DNA from: Eledone cirrhosa
Lineage: Eukaryota
DNA: 64,000 bases
Direction of reading: 5' to 3'
NCBI GenBank assembly: GCA_964016885.1
Contig: OZ024741.1
Location: 366,668,001 to 366,732,000, forward strand
Shown: positions 1 to 13,090 of the stretch, piece by piece
How the letters are laid out: each line of letters opens with the position of its first letter
How positions within the stretch are numbered: position 1 is the stretch's first letter
The notes under the pieces: model-generated
The model's input: only the letters and a program-made list of their open reading frames with translations
Databases searched by the model: none
What the model was told of the DNA's origin: nothing
Translations under genes and position numbers: made by a program

Positions 1-661
1 CCAAATACAGACTTACATATATTTAGGAATTAATCAACTAAATAGAATAGAACACACACAAACGAAAGAAAATGTTACGAAAAATGCTATAGGTGCATTA
101 TGCAAAACTAAATGCCAAAAGTAACTTCATGAGTATCCAGACTGTAGCTGTTATCGACATAGTAATACTATTTTTAGCTGGAAGCTAAATAAATTAGTAA
201 GTCTAGACATAAAAATAAGAAAAATTATAACTGCGTTTAGAATACACAACCCAAAAATCTGACTCAAAAAGACTATATTTACTATGTATACAATAAGTAG
301 AAGTTTTCTGTAACTAGAAAATTATGATAATATATCTGCTGTAGGACATCAAGTATACTTAGTACAGAATAAAAAGAAACCAATGGAAATAGCTACAAAA
401 CATGAAGAAAAATAAAACAATTGTTATTTTGTCTTTAAGGAAGCCAACAAAGCAGAGATAGATTTAAGAGACGGTTCTGGGAAAATAATAATAATGATTT
501 CTTTATTAACCACAAGGGATTGCATATAAAATAGAGTAAAACATGATAAACATAAGGATTACAATACATGTGGAGTTGTAGAGAAAGGTTATATAAAAAC
601 AGACGGTAGGGGTAAAGTTGTTACACAATAGAGAGATTATACAATAGAGAAATAAACCAGT

Positions 662-846
662 GTGGATGAATTGGCTGTATCGGTAGAGGGTCGGACATCA
701 TGCTTTCCAGCATAGTTACGTCTCTTTAAGGTCTGAGTTCAAATCCTGTCGAGGTTAACTTTCATCCTCGCGGGGTTGATAAAATAAAGTACCAGTAATG
801 CACTGGAGTAATTGCTGGCCTTGTGCCAAAAGTAGAAACAATTATT
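662..846 (+). mobile_element. tRNA-derived SINE (family 1)
   Basis: A-box-like tggcagtatcgg and B-box gagttcaaatcc, core ttcatcc..ggggtcgataaaataaagtaccag, tail gccttgtgccaaaagtagaaac. More than 20 copies in the window. Confidence 0.85.
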
Positions 847-933
847 ATATAACACACAATAATTAACACAAATATAATATAGAAACATAAAATAAACATT
901 TATATTTACCCACACACACAGGTGGGAACTTAC

Positions 934-1142
934 TACAGGGTCGAAACGTTCATAGGCTGAAATGTTCATAGGCTGAGCCAGATACTCTCATGCAATGACC
1001 AAATGAGGTTTATTTTTCAACATAGTCCCTGGAAAGAAACAATGCAGTTATTAATAAGATTTGAAATAAATACGTGCAAGATTTTACAGCACTAGCATAA
1101 TTCCTTCATAGTCAGCTATGGACGTTTCGGCCTACCCTCGTA
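934..1142. mobile_element. Mariner-type MITE
   Basis: Degenerate terminal inverted repeats (TIRs) gaaacgttcataggctga ... tcagctatggacgtttcggcctaccctcgTA, with TA ends. Confidence 0.62.
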
Positions 1143-1642
1143 GTTAAGTCGAGTCAGAACACTCCACATTTCTGCTGACCCTCCATACATTATATAGTTC
1201 CCAGTGATCACCGAAATCTCCCGCAAGCATTTCTTCAGTGGCTTCATCAACAAAACCATCTGGCAGAAGTATTTTATCTTTTTCTAGGCTTCTTTTGTTA
1301 AAAGAAAATATTTAAAGAAAAAAAAGACTAAAATTTTAACTGAATACGGAAATACAAAATGTCGTGTTAAGATATTAGCAAGTAAAATTTCCACTGAAAA
1401 AAAATAAACAAAGTGGGTGTTGGTGAAGAAAGCAATGACTCAGCACTAGCTGATATACACAGGACTCAAGGCCGAGAACGATGGGTATTTTTAGACGCAG
1501 CTGAAGCCCGAGGCCTATCCACTAGAAACTACCAGAAATATTTAGTGGAATACGAAAAGTAACTCCAAACTATGTTGAGGTTGGGAAGAAGCAATTAATC
1601 TCATTGTATTCGACTACCAAATTCTAGCAAGAACATATGAAA

Positions 1643-1717
<75 letters not shown>

Positions 1718-1840
1718 AACGAATGTTTTTTATCCCACCTGGATAACCGGTTTCACAATTTCATGATTTTCAAAAGTTATAGTTATGTGAAATGGCAGAA
1801 GGTGGAGCTGGCAGTTTCAAACAAAATTTCAGCTTCTTTT

Positions 1841-1919
<79 letters not shown>

Positions 1920-2141
1920 CTACTAGGAGATACGTTGAATTTTAGATGTTTTCATGTTTTATACTCAATGTGTGTATTTATCTACACACCTGTGATTAAT
2001 CATGCACGGTATTTGTACAGTAATTTATACATCATATATTTCGGTTGCCTAATACACAATTGGGTGTAAACAAAATATAGGTTTTCAACTCTCCTGGTTT
2101 TGACAGATAAAAGTATGTAACATTATAATTGTCAGATCAGA

Positions 2142-2459
2142 GGGCGGTGGATTGGCAGTATCGGTAGAGAGTCGGGCGCCATGCTTTGCCGTGTAGAGTT
2201 ACGGCCCTTGCCATTCTGAGTTCAAATCCCGTTGAGGTTAACTTTGCCTTTCATACTTACGGGGTCGATAAAATAAAGTACCAGTAATGCACTGGGTAAT
2301 TGCTGGCCTTGTGCCTAAAGTAGAAACAATTATAATTGTCAGATCGGATCAAGTAAACTATGTTTCTATTGGTCTTTTTATTGCTGATACTATCTGTCAA
2401 TCTCAATTACTCATAGAACGGGGATGGATTTGAACTCAGAACGGAAATAAGAGAGAGTG

Positions 2460-2492
<33 letters not shown>

Positions 2493-3098
2493 AATCGACC
2501 CCAGTAATTGACTGATATGTTGTTTTTTTATTGATCTCGAAAGAATGAAAGGAAAAATCGATTTCGGCGGGATTTGAACTCAGAACTTAAAGAGCTGCAA
2601 AGCATGTTGTCCAAGGCTCTAGCGGTACTACCAATCCACTGATTTAATTGAAATAATGGTTTCTGATTTAGGCATCATGCCAACAATTTTGGAGGAGGGA
2701 AAAGTCGATTAAATCGACCCCAGTAAGTTACTTGCACTTTATTTTATCGACCCGGTAACGATGAAAGGCAAAACTAACCTCGGCGGGATTTGAACTCGGA
2801 CCGTAAAGGGCCGTAACTCTATGCTGTAAAGCATGGTATCCGACGCTCTACCGATACCGCCAATCCTCCGTCCTTAAATAATGGTTTCTTATATAGGCAC
2901 AAGCCCAGCAATTTTGGGGGAGAGGAAAGTCGATTAAATTGACCCCAGTGCGTGACTGGTACTTTATTTTATCGACCCCGTAAGGATGAAAGGCAAAGTT
3001 AAACTCGATAGGGTTTGAACTCAGATCCTGAAGGGCCGTAACTCTATGCTGCAAGCATGGCGTCCGACCCTCTACCGATACTGCCAATTCACTGCCTT
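2142..3098. mobile_element. SINE family 1 cluster (2142-2336 +; ~2494-2645, 2655-2873 and 2876-3098 -)
   Basis: Repeated matches to the same consensus; head-to-tail copies on the minus strand. Confidence 0.85.
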
Positions 3099-4394
3099 AA
3101 TTGAAATAATAAAAACAGTAAAAATCACAAGCAAATAGTAGGACTCAAAACATTACACACAATCCGAAGTATAGCACTTCAAACATAAAACATTGCTAAA
3201 ACCTTTTCCTTATCTAAAGGTATTGATTTCTCAGATCGATACAGGAGCAAAGATTTATAAGACAGAAAGGAAATGAGTTTTTTCGACCTTGGTGCTTTCA
3301 TTATTATAGCAGGTATTTTTCAACGCCCACTTCTCAATCAAGATGGCGATTTTGTTTATTTCTATCTTTTCAAGCAGAGCTATATTTCAATGGAACCCTT
3401 TTCCATCGTATATTTTTTCTACTACTAGTAATATGAATATTTTTTTCTTCTTTAGATATAATATGAATGTTTCAATGCATTTCCGCACTCGGCCATTTTT
3501 CTTGTAAACCAGGTCTTTCTCATGTTTATAAGACGTCGTTGGTCGATAACATTCATTGTCTCTGTTTGTGGTTCCCAAAACAGGAACATATTTACTCAAT
3601 CAATAAATTAGAAGGTTTCTAATGTTAGTTACTTTTTACTGATATCAGTCATTAAACTGAAGTTATGCCGCAGCACCACCTGGAAGGGATTTAGTCGATC
3701 TCAGTAAACTAAGGCGAAGACAATAGGATTGACAAGAGGAGGAGAGACAAGATGACTGAATGGTCAAAATCTCGGGTTTGATCTTACTCCGTGGAATCTT
3801 AGTTGTCATCTATCATAGCACCGATTTGACCCACGTTTTGAGAGTGAAATTGTGTAGACTGAAACTGTTTGGAAGCCTATCAAATGGACTGTAACTATAA
3901 TTCAAAGGGCCAGCTACGGCACATACTGTATTATGCTGAATCACTTTGAAAATTAATTTAAAGGTACATATATCTGTAGAATGTTCAACCGCTTACATAT
4001 TAATTTCGCAAACAGGATGTTTCTTTGAGCGAACAGCGGAAACACTCGTCGTCGAAACCGACGGAAGTCTATTCCAGATAGTTTAACACTACTAATATAC
4101 TATTGTAAATACAATAATCTAAAGTAGGCAAGGACAACCTTTGTTTAACAGTAGGCCACAGGAGATATAGTTCATCATAAGCCAGGCCACATTATTAAAA
4201 ATATCCAAGGTAACTGTTTAATCTCCATTCCTTTCAGAAAGCCAAACGAGCCGTAGTTTGCCCATGACTAGTCAAAATCTCTCTCTAAAGGCAGTCGTTT
4301 CTCTGATATAATAAGTCGATATTTATGTCCCATCTTGACAACGTTTCAATCACAAATTCAAGGATGGGAATCCGTTTTGAATATTGACACTGAT

Positions 4395-4559
4395 GAGTCG
4401 GACGCCATGCTTTGACGTGTAGAGTTACGGCCCTTGCCATTCTGAGTTCAAATCCCGCCGAGGTTAACTTTGCCTTTCATCCTTACGGGGTCGATAAAAT
4501 AAAGTACCAGTAATGTACTGGGTAATTGCTGACCTTGTGCCTAAAGTAGAAACAATTAT
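4395..4559 (+). mobile_element. SINE family 1, 5'-truncated
   Basis: Near-identical to 2168-2333 and 6168-6327. Confidence 0.85.
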
Positions 4560-6167
4560 CTATTCAAAGTAATCCAACTTATTTTACTAACAGGATGGAA
4601 AAAATATATTCAGGACACAGTCCCGCACTCCTCCCTTTATTATACTATGATTCTAAAGCCGAATTAGCATGATACAACATGGAACAAGACTAGACCTTTA
4701 AATTATAGGTCAGTTCATCCGATGGGGCTCCCATACTGTTACCGTGGCTATGGCAAAGATACTTGCCCAAAATGCCACTGCATGGCAATTTGGGCAAAAG
4801 AACGTCTTCACCATTCAGTCATGCTTGCCTCCGGGTATGCATTATGCCAGTAATATACTATTTCTCCGTGTGAGGATGCATGGGTTATTGGTTAGGATGT
4901 GCGGCTCGTGATCGTATGGTCATGAGTTCGATTCCAGTAGTGCATTGTGAAATTTATTTCTCGTTACTATAATCCATACAGCCGGGACAGTCTCGTCGCA
5001 CGCTATGACAGGTTAAATCTCCTCGAGAACTTCATTCAAGATACACATGTTTTTACAATGTTCAGTCACTTGCACATTAATATCGTTAGCAGGCTGTTCC
5101 GTTGTTCGAGAGCAACTGCAACATTCATCGTCGTAACCGACTAATGTCGACCACTGTTTCTACATAAAAACAATTGTTCTTCTGACGTAAAAAGACGTCA
5201 ACACCTATTTCCATTTTGACAAAGTGTTAGTCACAAATTGAAAGACAGAACCGTTGGGAGTATTAGAAACCAATTAACTGTTGAAATTCTACGAAGTTGG
5301 TTTTTTAATCAAATTTTAATGTCTCCGAACTAAGAGATCAGAAGTGAGTGTGGTAAAATACCAGGTGGACCATAACGCACCAGAGTACTCGATACTTGGG
5401 ATAGTAGAGTGGGTCCTGAATCATTTCATATATATATATATATATTTTTTATGAACGATCGACTTTCGTCAAATCGGACCGAGGAAACAACGTTTCCAAT
5501 GGTCTTTCCAATTGCTAATACTATCTATTGGTCGCAACTCCAGGTAGAAGGAGTAACGTGAAATAAAGTGTCTTGCTCAAGGACATAACGTATCGCCCGG
5601 TCCGGGAATCGAACTGACAACCTCACGATTGCGAATCCAATTCTCTAACTACTCAGCCACACGACTTCACTTCATATATATATATATCATGTTAATTTCA
5701 TGGGTAGGCTGTTTGTTGACTGAACCACGGAACTCTAATCGTCGAAACCGACAGAGGTCCCTTCCACAACTTCAAAACGATGCAAGAGAAAATGTTTTGC
5801 CCTCATTCCAGAATATATACTGAGAAAATGGTGCAGCCTTCCATTTTTTTGAAACCGAGGTGTGAGTGCTTCTTTTCTTAGCCCCTTCCCATAGCCGATT
5901 TTGGGAGAGTGAAAAAGAGACACAGATGGGGTAGAAATCGATCCTGGTACTTCCTTTGTTGACTTCAAAATACTGAAAGGTTAAATTTGCCACGCACGTA
6001 ATTTAAACCCAGAGTCGAGGGAGCAGCAGTGAATACTGGAAAGCATTTCATGCGACACTCCTAACGATTCTGCCAATTTCTCTGCCTAACGGCTATAACG
6101 AAATTTAATGAAGGTACAATTAATGAAATCTTTTAATGGAAACAAATATTTTCTTGAACTTCTGAAT

Positions 6168-6327
6168 AACGCCATGCTTTGATGTATAGAGTTACGGCCC
6201 TTGCCATTCTGAGTTCAAATCCCGCCGAGGTTAACTTTGCCTTTCATCCTTACGGGGTCGATAAAATAAAGTACCAGTAAGGCACTGGGTAATTGCTGAC
6301 CTTGTGCCAAAAGTAGAAACAATTATC
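6168..6327 (+). mobile_element. SINE family 1, 5'-truncated
   Basis: Consensus match. Confidence 0.85.
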
Positions 6328-6524
6328 TTCATAAAGGCTGGTTTTGTTTGGTTTTGTTTTGTTTAATGAGATGTAAGGTTCATATTTCTGCTTCTGGTAA
6401 TGAGCTTTTCTTGCCAAGGAAATTCATCAATTTACTAAATAATGGGATTTAGAGTTTAATATTTATAAAGAATTTTGTTTTAAGAAATAAGTTATAAAAG
6501 GTATTTAAAATATTGAAAATTATA

Positions 6525-6758
6525 TTAACACTTTAGATGCCAACCCGCCCGAAACCGTCGCTGGTTTTTCTATGATGCAAAACTGTTTAAATTAATATGT
6601 TTATATTTATCTAAAAACCTTCCAATATAATTTTATATCAGAAACACCATTTTAATAATGAGAAAGTTATGTTATTAAATCCCTCATTATTCTTCATTAT
6701 TTTCAAAATTATTCATCGGCAGTATTTTTCATTAAAAATATGGCAACGAAATGGTTAA
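6525..6758. mobile_element. piggyBac-type MITE
   Basis: TTAA-cacttt ... aaatgg-TTAA ends. An inverted homolog is at 14109-14291 (TTAAccctttc...aaatgagTTAA). Confidence 0.55.
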
Positions 6759-7107
6759 AATAACTTATAAATCATACTATTTAGATAATAGACAACATTC
6801 TATTATTAAACAGCCAATGGAAACTCATTGTCATCGCAAAAACTGATCCTACAGTCAATTACTCCTGAAGATAATTATTATTTATATATTATAAATTACG
6901 TATTATGATTTAATGTATATAAATATGTGTGTGTGTTAATGTATGTGTATGTGTGTATGTGTGTATGTATGCGTGTGTGTGTGTGCCTATATGACTCTAT
7001 ATATTGTATACATGTTACAGAATGTGCGTGTGTATGTATATGCATTCAACTATATTTATTTCAAGAATGCTTTTTCCCATGCATATATACATGCTTATCT
7101 GTATATA

Positions 7108-7192
<85 letters not shown>

Positions 7193-7919
7193 TTCTCTCT
7201 CTCCTTCACTCTCTCTCACTCACTCTCTCTCTCTCCTCTCTCTCTTTCTCTCTCTCCCTCCCCTCTCTCTCCCCTCTCTCTCGCCTCTCTCTCCACCTCT
7301 CTCTCTCCCGCTCTCTCTCTCTCCCCTATTTCTCTCCTTCTCTCTCCTTCTCTCTCTATCACTGTGCGTATATGTGTCTATATACATTATGGAAATATGG
7401 AAATGTGTATGAGTGTACATATATCTCTCTCTGCAGATAAATACATTCAGGTATACTGTTTTAACAATGCTTTTGTTTCCTGTGAATTTATACATATGTA
7501 TCCATATATTCATACATGTATCTCTATCTCACTATATATATGTGGTGTGTGTGTGCCTTTGTTGTATGTGTGTAGGTGTGCTTGTGTGCGTGTGCGTGTG
7601 TTTGTGTGCGTGTAGGGAGCGTGCTGTGTGCGTGTGCATGCTGTGTGTGTACGCGCATGTGTGTATATGCGTATGTTTGTGTGTATGTGTGCGTGAATAC
7701 TTTTCTACCTCTCAACAGTCGGCAGCCATATGCGAACCATTAACATTCTCTGTTTTTTTTTTTTCTCTCTTTCTTTCTATTGCTTGCAGCAGCATGTACA
7801 CTCGAGGAACGATGATATATTTCTATTGATGGAAACTACAGATGATGAGATGTAGTAAGACTGTTGACCAAAACGTCTGTTCTGTTGCTATCACTTTCTT
7901 CACCACAATCATCATCAAA

Positions 7920-8385
7920 AAAACCACCAACCAAAACTAGCAAGCAATGAGCTCACTTGGTTATTCTTTTCTTCTCAAAGTTATCTCCCCGTTCTTCAAT
8001 GCAAGCCAGAGAGTAAAACAAAAAATGAAATAAAATATACATAAACATGAACTTCAACATAAAGTCAAACACTCGACCAACCACCAACCAACAATAGCAA
8101 GCAACGAGCTCACTTGGTTATTCTTTTCTTATCACACTTATCGCCCCTTTCTTCAATGCAAGCCAAAAAGTTAAAAAATAAATATACATAAACATAAACT
8201 TCAACATAAAGTCAAACACAACCAACCACCAATCAAACACAAGCAAGCAACGAGCTCAATTGACTATTCCTTTCTTATCACAGTTATCTTCCCCTTGTTC
8301 AATGCAAACCAGAAAGAAAAATATACGAACCAAAATAAATATAAACTCAAACAGTTGACCAACAACCAACCAACCAACCAGAGCC
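7920..8385 (+). repeat. Tandem repeat, ~145-157-bp unit x ~3
   Basis: accaccaacca..agcaagcaacgagctcacttggttattc recurs at ~7923, 8080 and 8225, partially at 8365. Confidence 0.85.
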
Positions 8386-8659
8386 AACCAACTCTAAATC
8401 ATAATATGAGAGACTACACTGATGGAAAAGGATATTGTCTTTTGTTATGTTCAGTTTTTTATAAATATATTTTCCATCTTTCTGTTCATCTGGTGCTGAT
8501 GCTGGTAAGACATCAGATGATAATATTTCTACGGGACATTTGATAATCTTTCTACGGGACAATTGAACAAAAAGTAAAGTATTAGAAATACAAAAAGAAA
8601 ATCACAATATACACACGTTAAGTAAAAAGAAATTAAGGTCTCTTTTTAAAAGAAGCATA

Positions 8660-8695
<36 letters not shown>

Positions 8696-8758
8696 TATAT
8701 ATATATACATACTAATGAGGTAAAGATTCGACCGCAAGCTCAAGCGGTTTCAGCTTGT

Positions 8759-8791
<33 letters not shown>

Positions 8792-8941
8792 GGTTTATTT
8801 ATTTATATATAATCTACTTTATAGATAGCAATCCCAATATGTAAACGAAAAATACGGTGATGTGTTATCATGTTATAATATGGCATTACTTTACATTAAA
8901 TATACACGTATATATATATATATATATATTATGTATGTATG

Positions 8942-9042
<101 letters not shown>

Positions 9043-9699
9043 ATATATATGTATGTATGTAGATTATACATACATACATACATATATACTTACGTGCATA
9101 CATACATACAGAATAACCTCATATGATTAGTTATTCAATATAACTTATGTTGCTGTCGCTAAAGCAATGTTTTTTCTATGGGAGCTTAGTAATTATACAA
9201 AATATTGTGAATACATGAATATATTTATAAACCTCAGTTGTATATGAACAACTTTAAATTGTTCGTTTAGCATATACAGACACATATATACACGTACATT
9301 CTACCATACATATGTCTAGGTGCGTGTTCGTGTATGTAGGTAGGTATGTACATATGTATAATGTAAATGAGAATGTTTGTGTTTGTGTGTGTGTGTGTAT
9401 CTGTCTGATTCCATTTGAGTTTAAAAACAAGTGTTAAAACTAAACAATTCAAACGTTATATGGTATATTTTCACCCAACTTGTAGAAATCTTATAATGAA
9501 ACGAGTCGTCTGGGAAATGATATATTTGATATATCTCATATGAAATAATACAGCCAATTATCCACACAATATAGTTAGCACCCCAAACGTTTAATTGGGA
9601 ATATACTCAGGTATTTCCTAATGTTTATTGAGTGAGTTGGCCGGAGTATCGGTATTAGCTTTCTCCGATTATGTATTTGCATATATATATATATATTAC

Positions 9700-9756
<57 letters not shown>

Positions 9757-9760
<4 letters not shown>

Positions 9761-9973
9761 AAAATGTTTGACCCCGACGGCAGAGCTCAAGCCGTTTCGA
9801 CGGCTATTTCTGGACTAAATTAGAAAAATTCTAATTTAGTACGGAAATAGCCGTCGAACGGCTTGAGCTCTGCCGTCGGGGTCAAACATTTTCCTATTAC
9901 CCACTCTACTACCCTAAGTATTGAGTACTCTGGTGCGTTATGGTCCATCTGGTCCCTTACCACACTTCCTTCG

Positions 9974-9975
<2 letters not shown>
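9757..9975 (+). mobile_element. Family A fold-back element (70-bp arms 9757-9896 + 79-bp tail)
   Basis: Palindrome inside (TA)n. It carries an HHR 3' half: GAA(A)CGGC ttgagctct GCCGTC ggggtc. Confidence 0.88.
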
Positions 9976-10014
<39 letters not shown>

Positions 10015-10112
10015 AGCTGATATTACCCGCTAGTAGAAATCAGATTTTCTTTCATAGTAAAAGATACATAGTGTATTCTCAGCACTACTAGATAGCTAGG
10101 TAACTAGCTAGC

Positions 10113-10187
<75 letters not shown>

Positions 10188-10189
<2 letters not shown>

Positions 10190-10575
10190 TTCTTTATTAG
10201 CCACAGGGGCACAAAAGAAGGGGACAAATACAAAGGGGGAAGTTTACATACAATAAAAACGTGTAAAATGTTATCACAAATGGAATTTAAAAAAGTTAGT
10301 CGATTTTCCCCAATAGAGGGAGACAGTTTATATGGGTAACACACCCCCGAAAAAAAATGTGCAACCCTCATCTCCAGGAGTACGAAGAGTTTGTACTCCT
10401 TTCCTCTCCTCCTACTTTTCCTCAACCTACAGGCTGATATAGAGAGAAGGCCCATTCACTCGGGCCATTCTCGCCACTTTCACCCACCTTTCATAAAACT
10501 TGCTGGGGTACAGCACCTCTCTCTCCATCCTGATTCTTCTTCCAAAGTGGTATTTGAAAAAAAGAATCAGTTGTT

Positions 10576-10577
<2 letters not shown>
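10188..10577 (-). mobile_element. Tx1/L1-like LINE 3' end inserted in (GATA)n
   Basis: Peptide FFKYHFGRRIRMEREVL...FYERWVKVARM, then a 3' UTR ending gtggctaataaagaaa and (TCTA)n. Confidence 0.6.
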
Positions 10578-10624
<47 letters not shown>

Positions 10625-10860
10625 CTTTCTTTTTATTTGCCACCAGGGCATCAAAAAATGGGACAAGTACAATGGGGGGAGTTTACATGAAAAGGCGTCC
10701 TCAATAAGGAGGAGGCAATAACAAAATATAAAAATAAAATAAAATATAACAAAATAAATTTTATAACAAAATCCTCAATAGGGAGGAGGCGCCTTTGGGG
10801 GTCGCACACACCCCGAAAAAAAGTGTGCAACCCTTCTCCTCAGGAGCACAGAGAGGAGGT
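10625..10860 (-). mobile_element. Shorter related LINE 3' UTR copy in (GATA)n
   Basis: Shares the terminus and acaccccgaaaaaa..tgtgcaaccct with 10188-10390. Confidence 0.6.
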
Positions 10861-10929
<69 letters not shown>

Positions 10930-10976
10930 CATACGCACACACACACACACCAAATATAACAATATATATATATATA

Positions 10977-11133
10977 GTGGATTGGTCAATTGGTAGAGGG
11001 TCGGACATGCTTTCCAGCATAGTTACGTCCCGCCGAGGTTCACTTTGCCTTTCATCCTTACGAGGTCGATAAAATAAAGTACCAGTAATGTACTGAGTAA
11101 TTGCTGGCCTTGTGCCAAAAGTAGAAGCAATTA
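10977..11133 (+). mobile_element. SINE family 1 with internal deletion
   Basis: Consensus head and core, with the B-box segment missing. Confidence 0.8.
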
Positions 11134-11223
11134 TATTATATTATATTATTTATTTATTTATGTTCATTCACGGAACAAAATTGCTACTTAAGGTTTCAAG
11201 ACCCAATATTGACCATATCTCCT

Positions 11224-11277
<54 letters not shown>

Positions 11278-11345
11278 ATAATAATACATTTGAAGACTAA
11301 AATCCAAAGAGGTTGTGCTTAAACTTTAATCTGTTATTTGAATAA

Positions 11346-11408
<63 letters not shown>

Positions 11409-11415
<7 letters not shown>

Positions 11416-11697
11416 AAATAACAGGAGGCTGGACTTGTGTAAATCTTTGAAAGGTTTATTATACTATGGTCATAGTATAATAAATATGAAATGATCATAG
11501 TATAATAAACCTTTCAAGGATTTACACCAGTCCAGCATCCTGTTATTTTATTATAATATTTAACTCCGTACTAGCACCACCAACTACACAAACGAAGACG
11601 GTTGAGCTGCTTTACGTTGAGTACCCTCTATATTATTACATCAAGATTGACCATACGGAATGACCAGCTCTATCCAGTGGTGAACCTTCAAACTTAA

Positions 11698-11703
<6 letters not shown>
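11409..11703 (+). mobile_element. Family B fold-back element (arms 11409-11555 + ~150-bp tail)
   Basis: Inverted repeat aataaaataacagga...tcctgttattttatt between (TA)n tracts. No HHR core seen. Confidence 0.7.
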
Positions 11704-11740
<37 letters not shown>

Positions 11741-11747
<7 letters not shown>

Positions 11748-12105
11748 AAAAAGGGATGAAATCGAAAATGCAACTGAAGTCTTATTTTTTTTTTAAATAT
11801 ATATATTTATTTGGTTCCTTTACCGGTTTCGCAGTTCTTCTGCTTTTCAAAAGGTGAGTTGAGATGGAGGGTCTGTGGTTTTTCTCACATCCGATGTGAG
11901 AAAAACCACAGACCCTCCATCTCAACTCACCTTTTGAAAAGCAGAAGAACTGCGAAACCGGTAAAGGAACCAAATAAATATATATATTTTTAAAAAAAAT
12001 AAGACTTCAGTTGCATTTTCGATTTCATCCCTTTTTCTTTATACTTCCACTCGTGTAGGACACCTCGGTTATTTTTCATTTTGTAAAAAAAACCTCACTT
12101 TCTAA
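11741..12105 (+). mobile_element. Family C fold-back element (~150-bp arms 11741-12043 + tail)
   Basis: Palindrome centred at ~11892, which is why the same peptide appears as an ORF on both strands. (TA)n on both sides. A partial copy is at 49470-49560 and a degenerate one at ~23450-23525. Confidence 0.88.
11930..11967 (+). ncRNA. Minimal type I hammerhead ribozyme, U3-A8 core variant
   Basis: cctt-TTGAAAA-gcag aagaa ctgc-GAAA-c cg GTA-aagg: stems I and II pair, and stem III is the palindrome ACCGGT. Confidence 0.8.
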
Positions 12106-12120
12106 TATATATATATATAT

Positions 12121-12327
12121 ATTGTTATACTTTGGGAGGGTCATGTTGCCAATAAGAAACACACGCACCAGTGGCTTTCACTTCAATTTATTATAATAAA
12201 TTTATAAATTTATAAATTTCTGGTTGGTTGGTTGGTTCCACAACCAGATAGTTGTTTATATATAGTCATAGTTCTTTCGTCACACACGGTTTCAGATAAA
12301 GAATCTTGCTAAACAAATTCAGAAACG

Positions 12328-12330
<3 letters not shown>
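12121..12330. mobile_element. Family D truncated arm joined to an oppositely oriented tail
   Basis: 12121-12287 matches 51139-51314. 12283-12330 is the reverse complement of 51081-51128. Confidence 0.82.
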
Positions 12331-12359
<29 letters not shown>

Positions 12360-12361
<2 letters not shown>

Positions 12362-12550
12362 CGAAGGAGTTGTAGTAAGGAACCAGATGGACCATAACGC
12401 ACCAGAGTACTCAATACTTAGAGTAGTAGAGTGGGTAATAGGAAAAAGTATGACCTCGACGGCAGAGCTCAAGCCGTTTCGACGGCTATTTCAGTCCAGA
12501 AATAGCCGTCGAAACGGCTTGAGCTCTGCCGTCGGGGTCATACTTTTTCC

Positions 12551-12552
<2 letters not shown>
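12360..12552 (-). mobile_element. Family A fold-back element
   Basis: Tail 12360-12438 is the reverse complement of 9897-9975. Palindrome 12439-12552 has a 6-nt spacer. Confidence 0.88.
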
Positions 12553-12584
<32 letters not shown>

Positions 12585-12590
12585 CAGAGA

Positions 12591-12656
<66 letters not shown>

Positions 12657-13056
12657 CATATGTGTGAATGCATGTGTGTGTGTGTGTGTGTGTGGATTAT
12701 AGGCATAAATACTTTTGTAAATATAGATAGTGAGAAATATAAATATAACTAAATATCTCTTAGTGTAAGACTTTACGAGAGTGCTGTATGGAGATGATTA
12801 CATTAAGGTTATGGCCGATAATGTAATAATGCATATAAGGCTGGCCTAAGCAATAACACGAGGTGTGTACGTGTATGTGAATATGTGTGAATGTGAGCAT
12901 AATTGGTGGTATGTACCTGTATATATATATATGTGTGTGTGTATGTGTGTGTATGCGTATGTGTGTTGTCTTATGTGTGTGTATGAATGAACATATGAAC
13001 TTGTCTACTGGTAGGTGTATGTGTGCATGTGTGCCTGTATACGTTATATAATATGC

Positions 13057-13090
<34 letters not shown>

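Noticed and set aside
11782-11993. Same peptide MVPLPVSQFF... on both strands and at 49474
   Set aside because: Consequence of the family C palindrome; the start codons are non-ATG and the conserved feature is the ribozyme.
9700-12560. CRISPR-like alternation of repeats and unique spacers
   Set aside because: Repeats are variable-length microsatellites, spacers are retroelement fragments, the context is eukaryotic and there are no cas genes.
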